Assembly: GCA_947625575.1 (NCBI GenBank)
Contig: CANQOV010000001.1
Coordinates: forward strand, 1,498-65,497
DNA from: an uncultured Bacilli bacterium
GTDB lineage: Bacteria > Bacillota_I > Bacilli_A > RF39 > UBA660
DNA length: 64,000 bases
Direction of reading: 5' to 3'
The position numbers were made by a program, and so were the translations under genes. Positions within the stretch are counted from its first letter, which is position 1; each line of letters starts with the position of its first letter. Shown here in pieces: positions 57,699 through 64,000 of this stretch. The notes below the pieces were generated by a model. It had not been told where the DNA came from. It worked only from the letters and a program-made list of their open reading frames with translations, and made no database searches.

Positions 57699-58244
57699 TT
57701 AATGCTTGCTATTAATAAAAGCTTCTGCTCCTACAATATTATCTTTAATAAAATCAAATTCACTATATGTATTTTTACTACCAACTTTATTAATAACAAA
57801 ACAGCCATCAAAATTACAATTATCTAAAATGCTACCCTCTTTTAATTTAGTAACATCTACTACTACCCCACAATCATTAAAATTAGTCTTATTTAAACAA
57901 AGTCCCTCAGTACTTTGTCCATATAAATCTATAAAAGACAAATTAGCATTTTCTAAATTTGGATTAATAGTTTTTAAATCTATCTTAAAATTAGTTCTAG
58001 AAATATCTCTATTAGCAAAACAAATATTAGTTGTATCAACCATACTTAAATCTATTTTTCTAAGTTCAGCAATAGAAAAATAATCTGTCAAACTATCTTC
58101 ATCAAATAATAAAGTTTCCAAAATCTTTTTATCAAGATATAACTTATATCTATCTTTAACTAAAGAAAGTCTTTTTCTTAAAACTTGTTTAAGTTCTGTT
58201 CTTTTTTCTTCACTAATACTATATCTATCATTATTTTTTTCCAT
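57699..58244 (-). CDS. Hypothetical protein (weak pentapeptide-repeat-like segments)
   Basis: 181 aa. Repeats of the type ANLSFIDLYG / TNFNDCGVVV / CNFDGCFVIN. Low-confidence family call. Confidence 0.3.
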   Translation of the reverse strand: MEKNNDRYSISEEKRTELKQVLRKRLSLVKDRYKLYLDKKILETLLFDEDSLTDYFSIAELRKIDLSMVDTTNICFANRDISRTNFKIDLKTINPNLENANLSFIDLYGQSTEGLCLNKTNFNDCGVVVDVTKLKEGSILDNCNFDGCFVINKVGSKNTYSEFDFIKDNIVGAEAFINSKH

Positions 58245-58245
58245 A

Positions 58246-60405
58246 CTATACTCCTACTAAATTATTTTTCTTTAAAGTTAAACTAACTCTATTTTTATCT
58301 TTATCTATATCTAAAATATAAAAATCAAGAACATCTCCAACTTTTAAAACATCACTAGGATGTTTAATAAAATCATCACTAATTTGCGATATATGTATAA
58401 GTCCATCATTTTTAAGTCCAATATCCACAAATGCACCAAAATCCACTACATTTCTAACAATGCCATTAACTACCATACCAATAGCTAAATCATCAATAGA
58501 TAAAACATCACTTCTTAATATTGGAGCATTTAAACTATCTCTTGGATCCACTATAGGCTTTTTTAAACTTTCTAAAATATCTAACAAAGTATATTTATCA
58601 ATATCAATTTTTTCAAGAAAATAAGAGCTATCTACCTCTAAAATCTTCTTAATTATTTTATCAGTACCAATATCATTTAAACTACAACCTAAAATATCTA
58701 ATATTGAATAGACATACTTATAACTTTCTGGGTGAATATTAGTTTTATCTAGAATATTATCTCCTTCTAAAATCCTCATAAATCCTATTGCTTGTTCATA
58801 CGTTTTTGAAGAAATACCCTTAATATTTTTAATTTCACTTCTATTTTTAAATCCTTTTCTTTTACTTCTTTCATTAAGAATCAAATCAATACTTTTTTTA
58901 GTAAGACCAGAAATATATTTTAAAATTGAAAAAGACGCTGTGTTAATATTTACACCTACTAAATTAACTATCTTTTCTACAGTAAATTTTAAAGAATTAT
59001 CTAAATCTTTAGAATTAACATCATATTGATATAACCCTACTCCAATACCTTTAGGATCAATTTTAACTAATTCTGATAAAGCATCTTGTATTCTTCTTCC
59101 AATAGATATTGCAGACCTTTGTGACACATCTAGATTAGGAAACTCACTAATAGCTAAACTAGAAGCAGAATAAATTGAAGCCCCAGCTTCATTTACAATT
59201 GTATATTTACAAGCTAAATTATATTTTTTTATCGTCTGGCTGACAAATTTTTCACTTTCTCTAGAAGCAGTACCATTTCCAATAGCAATTATATCAATAT
59301 TATATTTCAAAACTAAATCTTTAAGAGTAACCTCGGATTTTAAAACTTCATTTTTAGGCTCATGAGGATAAATTACCCCAATATCTAAAACATCTCCATT
59401 GCAAGATAACACTGCTAACTTACAACCTGTTCTAAAAGCAGGATCAAATCCTAAAACCCTAACCCCTTTTAATGGAGGAGTTAAAAGTAATTGTTCAACA
59501 TTACTACTAAAGTTACTAATTGCAGCTTCTTCCCCAATTTTTGTTAAATCACTTCTAAGTTCTCTTTCAATACTAGGAAAAATATTTTTCTTATACGCTT
59601 CTGTTATGGCATCATTTACAAAATCACTAACTAAAGAATTTTCATTTTTTATAACTTTTTTTCTTAAATAATCTAAAATATAACTATCATTACAAACTAT
59701 TCCAACAGCTAAAACCTTTACATTTTCTCCCCGATTTATAGCCAAAATTCTATGTGGTTTAATACTACTAATCTTTTCACTATAATCATAATAATTAGAA
59801 TAAACCAACTCTTTATCCAAAGCATCTTTTTTCTTCTTAGAACAAATACTTCCTGTTTTATAAATATAATCTCTTATCCATTTTCGATAAAAAGCATTAC
59901 TAGCAATAAAATCTTTAATAATGTAGTAAGCACCCTCAACCTTTAAATTGACATCACTTACCTTTTCACAATTAAAATTACTTGCAAGTTCCATAACTGT
60001 CTTATTAGGAAAAGACATAATAATTTTTGCTAAAGGAAGTAATCCGTCATCTAAAGCTTTCTTTAACTTTGTTTCTCTCTTATCTTTAAATGGTCTATAA
60101 ATATCTTCTAATTCAACAAGTTTAGTAGCTTTAATAATACTATCACGGATACTAGAAGTAAGTAATCCTTTCTCATCTATTAATCTAATAATATCTTCTT
60201 TTCTTTTTAATAAATTTTTTTGATATTCATAAGTTAATGAAATATCCCTTATTTGTACTTCATCTAAATTACCAGTTTGTTCTTTTCTATATCTTGCAAT
60301 AAAGGGAATAGTATTATCATCTTCTAATAACTTTAAAGTATTGACAACTTGCCATTTTTTAACATTTAATTTATCAACAATCCCCAAAATAATCTCATTA
60401 TTCAT
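58246..60405 (-). CDS. tex: Transcription accessory protein Tex
   Basis: 719 aa. YqgF/RNase-H-like and HhH regions. C-terminal S1 domain …GMVVNGIVRNVVDFGAFVDIG…. Confidence 0.85.
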   Translation of the reverse strand: MNNEIILGIVDKLNVKKWQVVNTLKLLEDDNTIPFIARYRKEQTGNLDEVQIRDISLTYEYQKNLLKRKEDIIRLIDEKGLLTSSIRDSIIKATKLVELEDIYRPFKDKRETKLKKALDDGLLPLAKIIMSFPNKTVMELASNFNCEKVSDVNLKVEGAYYIIKDFIASNAFYRKWIRDYIYKTGSICSKKKKDALDKELVYSNYYDYSEKISSIKPHRILAINRGENVKVLAVGIVCNDSYILDYLRKKVIKNENSLVSDFVNDAITEAYKKNIFPSIERELRSDLTKIGEEAAISNFSSNVEQLLLTPPLKGVRVLGFDPAFRTGCKLAVLSCNGDVLDIGVIYPHEPKNEVLKSEVTLKDLVLKYNIDIIAIGNGTASRESEKFVSQTIKKYNLACKYTIVNEAGASIYSASSLAISEFPNLDVSQRSAISIGRRIQDALSELVKIDPKGIGVGLYQYDVNSKDLDNSLKFTVEKIVNLVGVNINTASFSILKYISGLTKKSIDLILNERSKRKGFKNRSEIKNIKGISSKTYEQAIGFMRILEGDNILDKTNIHPESYKYVYSILDILGCSLNDIGTDKIIKKILEVDSSYFLEKIDIDKYTLLDILESLKKPIVDPRDSLNAPILRSDVLSIDDLAIGMVVNGIVRNVVDFGAFVDIGLKNDGLIHISQISDDFIKHPSDVLKVGDVLDFYILDIDKDKNRVSLTLKKNNLVGV

Positions 60406-60445
60406 AAAATCCTCGAAAAGAAAAATGTATCATAATTGATGCATT

Positions 60446-61708
60446 TTACTTATTTACACTCATAACTGCTTTTTTAATTATTTCTAATCCTTGTTTTAAT
60501 TCCTCTTCACTAATAACTAATGACGGCATTATTTTTAAAACGCTATCACCTCGTCCTGCAAGTTCAATAATTAAATTATTAGCAAAACAATAATCTAAAG
60601 CCTTTCTAGCTAATTTTCCATCTTTAAAATCAATTCCCCAGATAAGACCAATACCACGATACTCTTGATTATTTTTAAGAAGTGGTTTAATTTCTTTTTT
60701 AAGAAAACTTTCTACAATTTTCTCTTTTTTCTTAACTTGTGAAGCAACATCCTCATTTATAAACATTTCAATTCCTGCTTTACCAGATACCATTGAAAGT
60801 TGAAAACCTCTAAATGTTCCATTATGTTCTCCGGGATTAAATACATCTAATCTATCTTTTAGTAAAACAACAGATAAAGGCATACCACATCCTCCAATTG
60901 ATTTAGATAAAACTACTATATCAGGAACAATACCTGCTCTTTCAAATGAGAAGAAATAACCAGTTCTACCACAACCAACTTGAATATCATCAACAATTAA
61001 TAAAATATCATGTTTAGTACAAAATTCTCTTAAATCACGCAAGAACTTATCATCTAAAACATATACTCCACCTTCAGCTTGAACAGTTTCAATAATAATT
61101 GCTGCTGGTGTATCAATACCACTGTGATCATCAGTTAAAATCTCTTCTAAATAACCAATAGTATCAAAGGTATTATTTAAATAATATGGTGCAGGAATAT
61201 GTTCAACATTAGATAAATTAACACCTGATCCTTTTCTTGAAGCTTTATCAGTAGTTAAAGCTAAAGCTCCTAAAGTCATACCATGGAAAGCTCCCATAAG
61301 AGAGAAAACTGAACTTCTACCAGTAACTTTTCTTGCTAATTTAATAGCAGCTTCAACAGCATTAGTTCCAGTAGGACCAGGAAACATTACTTTATATTTT
61401 AATCCACGTGGTTTTAAAATTTTCTCTTGTAAAGTAGTAATAAACTCACTTTTTGCCCCAGCATACATATCCAAAGAGTGGATAATTCCGTCAGAAGCAA
61501 TATATTCAATAACTTTCTCAGTTATATAACTAGGATTATGTCCATAATTAAGTGCACCAGCACCATTAAAGAAATCCAAATACTCTTTATTATTACTATC
61601 CCATATTTTTGAGCCTTTTGCTTTTGTAAATACAACAGGCCATTTTCTGCAATAACTTCTTACATTAGATTCATACTTTAAAAATACTTCATCACTCATA
61701 CTATTCAC
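60446..61708 (-). CDS. Class III PLP aminotransferase, diaminobutyrate--2-oxoglutarate transaminase (EctB/Dat)-like
   Basis: N-terminal hallmark …[48 protein letters not shown]… and the PLP-Lys region …VLSKSIGG…. Confidence 0.6.
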   Translation of the reverse strand: MNSMSDEVFLKYESNVRSYCRKWPVVFTKAKGSKIWDSNNKEYLDFFNGAGALNYGHNPSYITEKVIEYIASDGIIHSLDMYAGAKSEFITTLQEKILKPRGLKYKVMFPGPTGTNAVEAAIKLARKVTGRSSVFSLMGAFHGMTLGALALTTDKASRKGSGVNLSNVEHIPAPYYLNNTFDTIGYLEEILTDDHSGIDTPAAIIIETVQAEGGVYVLDDKFLRDLREFCTKHDILLIVDDIQVGCGRTGYFFSFERAGIVPDIVVLSKSIGGCGMPLSVVLLKDRLDVFNPGEHNGTFRGFQLSMVSGKAGIEMFINEDVASQVKKKEKIVESFLKKEIKPLLKNNQEYRGIGLIWGIDFKDGKLARKALDYCFANNLIIELAGRGDSVLKIMPSLVISEEELKQGLEIIKKAVMSVNK

Positions 61709-62702
61709 CTCTACTGCTATAATGTTCTATAACTTTTTTTCTTATCTCATCTGCCAAAGCTGTATTTTCTTTAAATAAAGCTTTAACGTTTTCTCTACCT
61801 TGACCAATTTTTTCTCCATTATAAGAATACCAAGCTCCACTTTTTTCTAAAATATTAGCTTCTGCTGCTAAATCAACTAATTCTCCTTCTTTAGAAATAC
61901 CCTCTCCATACATTATTTCGACAGTAGCAGTCTTAAATGGAGGAGCAATTTTATTTTTAACAACCTTAATATTAGTTTTACTACCAATATATTTTTCTCC
62001 AACTTTAATTGATTCGCCTTTTCTTACATCCAAACGTATTGAAGCATAAAACTTCAAAGCTCTACCACCCGGTGTTGTTTCAGGATTACCAAACATAACC
62101 CCAACTTTCTCACGCAACTGATTAATAAATATTGCTGTAGTTTTAGTTTTGCTAATAGTACCAGATAACTTTCTTAAAGCCTGTGACATCAAACGTGCTT
62201 GAAGTCCTACATGAGCTTCTCCCATATCGCCATCAATTTCAGCTTGAGGAACTAAAGCTGCAACAGAATCAACTACAATAATACTGATAGCTTCACTTCT
62301 TACTAAAGCATCAACAATTTCTAATGCTTGTTCTCCCGTATCAGGTTGTGATAACAACAACTCATTAACATCAACTCCAAGCTTTTTAGCATAAACAGGA
62401 TCAAGTGCATGCTCTGCATCAATAAATGCTGCTCTTCCTCCTTGTTTTTGTACTTCTGCAATTGCATGTAACGCTACCGTAGTTTTACCACTTGACTCAG
62501 GTCCAAATATTTCAATAATTCTTCCCTTTGGATAACCTCCACCCAAAGCCAAATCAAGAGCAACTGAGCCACTTGAAGTAGTTTCAACTTCCATATGTGC
62601 ACTATCACCAAGTTTCATAATTGCACCTTTTCCAAATTGTTTTTCAATATCTTGTAATACTTGTTCTAACGTTTTATCATTAGATTTTGTCATTTTTTGC
62701 AT
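61701..62702 (-). CDS. recA: Recombinase A
   Basis: …[15 protein letters not shown]…, Walker A …GPESSGKTT…, L2 loop …[17 protein letters not shown]…. Confidence 0.95.
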   Translation of the reverse strand: MQKMTKSNDKTLEQVLQDIEKQFGKGAIMKLGDSAHMEVETTSSGSVALDLALGGGYPKGRIIEIFGPESSGKTTVALHAIAEVQKQGGRAAFIDAEHALDPVYAKKLGVDVNELLLSQPDTGEQALEIVDALVRSEAISIIVVDSVAALVPQAEIDGDMGEAHVGLQARLMSQALRKLSGTISKTKTTAIFINQLREKVGVMFGNPETTPGGRALKFYASIRLDVRKGESIKVGEKYIGSKTNIKVVKNKIAPPFKTATVEIMYGEGISKEGELVDLAAEANILEKSGAWYSYNGEKIGQGRENVKALFKENTALADEIRKKVIEHYSSRGE

Positions 62703-62797
62703 AAGCCCTCCACATAATTTATATATAATAATATATCATAAAAACATCTATTTATCAATTTTAGTTGACACTATTTTACACAAACAAAAAACCCTCT

Positions 62798-63415
62798 TTA
62801 TTGGGGTTTTTCAGTAAATAAAATTTTCCTATTGCTAATCCAATAATCAGCTAAAGAAACAATTGCCATTATAACACCAAAATAAATTGCAGCATCTGCA
62901 ACATCAAAACCCCAAATTTCAAATGGCAAATTGTAAAAGAACATAAGTGTAATTCCCACCATTAACATCGCTGTCTTTATCTTACCGGGCATCTTCGCTG
63001 CCTGAACAACACCTTTATCTGCTAAATTCTGTCTTATTCCGTCAACAATTATATCCCTTACAATAATAACAACAGGAACAATCGCAGAAATAAAACCATA
63101 AGAAGCAAATATAATCAAAACAGAATCAACTAAAACTTTATCAGCAATCGCATCTAAAAACTTTCCTAAATCTGTAACTTGATTACGTTTCCTAGCCAGC
63201 ATCCCATCTAAATAATCTGTAAAACTAGCAAAAACAAAAATAACTCCCGCTAACAAATATCTTAAATCAAGTAAAATATTCTTAAAAAGAAAAGTTGGAA
63301 TATTTATACCCAATCTATAAAATGGAAAAGTAAGTATAAATATTAAAACAAAAGCTAAAACTATCCTTAAAATAGTAAGTTTAGTTGGTAAATTTAATTT
63401 TTTCATATCTAACAC
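62798..63415 (-). CDS. pgsA: CDP-diacylglycerol--glycerol-3-phosphate 3-phosphatidyltransferase
   Basis: CDP-alcohol phosphotransferase motif …DYLDGMLARKRNQVTDLGKFLDAIADK… rodZ-pgsA-recA synteny. Confidence 0.85.
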   Translation of the reverse strand: MLDMKKLNLPTKLTILRIVLAFVLIFILTFPFYRLGINIPTFLFKNILLDLRYLLAGVIFVFASFTDYLDGMLARKRNQVTDLGKFLDAIADKVLVDSVLIIFASYGFISAIVPVVIIVRDIIVDGIRQNLADKGVVQAAKMPGKIKTAMLMVGITLMFFYNLPFEIWGFDVADAAIYFGVIMAIVSLADYWISNRKILFTEKPQ

Positions 63416-63844
63416 CTATAAATATATTTTCTTTAATACAAAATAAAATAAGAACATAACCAATAATACAAACAAAACTATCATAAAAACAACAACTTTT
63501 TTATTTTTATTTTTAATTTCTAATGTATATGGTGACTTTATTTTCTTTTCTTCTATTTTTGTATTTTTTTCTCCTTCTTTAATATCTTCAACTGAAATTT
63601 TAGATGTTTTAGAAAACAAATAATCATTTACTTCATCTAAAACTTCATCACTATCAAAACCTAAATATTTAGCATAAACGCTAACAATTTCTTTAAGTTC
63701 TAACACATCTTTAAAAACCTTTTCATTACCCTCTTCTAAATTTTCAATAATCACTTTATCTATCTTAAGATCAAGTGATACCTCATCAATTGTAATGCCT
63801 ATTTCTTCCCTTTTATTTTTAAACATTTCACCTAAAAATTTCAA
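63416..63844 (-). CDS. rodZ: RodZ-like HTH membrane protein
   Basis: HTH …IGITIDEVSLDLKIDKVIIENLEEGN… plus …VYAKYLGFD… and a C-terminal TM segment. Start set at TTG 63844, preceded by GGAGGTG with a 7-nt spacer. The ORF track uses a GTG at 63874 that has no RBS. Confidence 0.5.
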   Translation of the reverse strand: MKFLGEMFKNKREEIGITIDEVSLDLKIDKVIIENLEEGNEKVFKDVLELKEIVSVYAKYLGFDSDEVLDEVNDYLFSKTSKISVEDIKEGEKNTKIEEKKIKSPYTLEIKNKNKKVVVFMIVLFVLLVMFLFYFVLKKIYL

Positions 63845-64000
63845 GAAAAAACACCTCCAAAAAATAAATAACACTTAATAAGCCATGTTCTGTACCTAAA
63901 AAGGTGGCAAACATTTATCTATCAACTTGATTTTTAAAAAAATTCATTTCTTTTTTTAAAACTCCCCTACCAAATTTGGGTTTCTTGCTTGTGGGGTTTA

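Noticed and set aside
57706-58083. 125-aa plus-strand ORF antisense to the 181-aa hypothetical gene
   Set aside because: The minus-strand ORF is translationally packed between recD2 and tex and has the better context. The plus-strand product is low-complexity.
59399-59946. Two plus-strand ORFs (90 and 64 aa) inside tex
   Set aside because: Antisense to Tex CDS.
63845-63874. GTG start of the rodZ-like ORF as drawn in the ORF track
   Set aside because: No RBS precedes it. An in-frame TTG at 63844 sits 7 nt after GGAGGTG. The first 10 residues of the track translation (MLFIFWRCFF) look like translated RBS region.
63940-64000. Relatively GC-rich, palindromic stretch (…CTCCCCTACCAAATTTGGGTTTCTTGCTTGTGGGGTTT) at the window edge, considered as a possible tRNA or small-RNA fragment
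   Set aside because: It is truncated by the window end. No T-arm/CCA or other diagnostic structure could be recognised.
1-64000. CRISPR arrays, IS elements or transposases, and integrated prophage
   Set aside because: No direct-repeat/spacer periodicity was seen. No transposase- or integrase-like ORFs other than chromosomal xerD. The dNMP-kinase-like gene has no phage neighbours.

Overview
The window is a very AT-rich bacterial chromosome segment; by eye GC is roughly 25-30% (not computed). Housekeeping gene content and local synteny resemble low-GC Bacillota: rodZ-pgsA-recA, xerD-deoB, nusB-xseA-xseB, murT-gatD, a SpoIVB-family peptidase, and T-box control of aspS. No rRNA, tRNA, CRISPR array, transposase or prophage was recognisable.

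The window starts inside a Tad/Flp-type pilus locus (partial upstream ORF, then cpaF/tadA, tadB, tadC). It continues with yebC, a DUF1292 protein coupled to an SLT-domain protein, hisS, and acpS on the opposite strand.

The core of the window, about 8.0 to 32.3 kb, is a co-directional cell-surface glycopolymer tailoring island with three parts:

1. A Dlt-like esterification cassette. The DltA adenylating enzyme is replaced by an FkbH-like HAD loader. The other genes are a DSL-motif carrier protein, a VOC-fold enzyme, an MBOAT and a DltD/AlgJ-like SGNH protein.
2. After an embedded nusB-xseA-xseB, a TagF-like gene followed by a phosphonate module. This comprises a cytidylyltransferase-fused PEP mutase, phosphonopyruvate decarboxylase, a LicC/PntC-like nucleotidyltransferase, an Fe-ADH::TagF fusion and a GT2::LicD fusion.
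3. A six-gene Gtr-like operon, closed by a TagGH-like ABC exporter. The genes are a GT2, a PF03706-type flippase-like membrane protein, an APH/ChoK-like kinase, a small HAD, a nucleotidyltransferase and a GtrA-fused giant polytopic protein. Its predicted promoter has a G10 homopolymer exactly filling the 17-nt -35/-10 spacer.

Two further G tracts sit at gene junctions inside the island. G8 lies at the VOC/MBOAT junction and G6 at the pepM/ppd junction, so the island carries several candidate contingency (phase-variation) switches.

The rest of the window is mostly housekeeping: a SpoIVB-like peptidase, an OmpR/HK two-component system, mnmA, murT/gatD, deoB, xerD, rarA, tcdA, a MOP flippase, mtnN, aspS with a T-box leader, murI, a compact AlaRS, an AI-2E transporter, recD2, tex, an EctB-like aminotransferase, recA, pgsA and rodZ. 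Interspersed are several unknown or small ORFs and clear rho-independent terminators. Coordinates of CDS follow the supplied ORF track unless stated. Motif-level evidence was read directly from the translations. Family assignments are by recalled motif similarity and were not database-verified.
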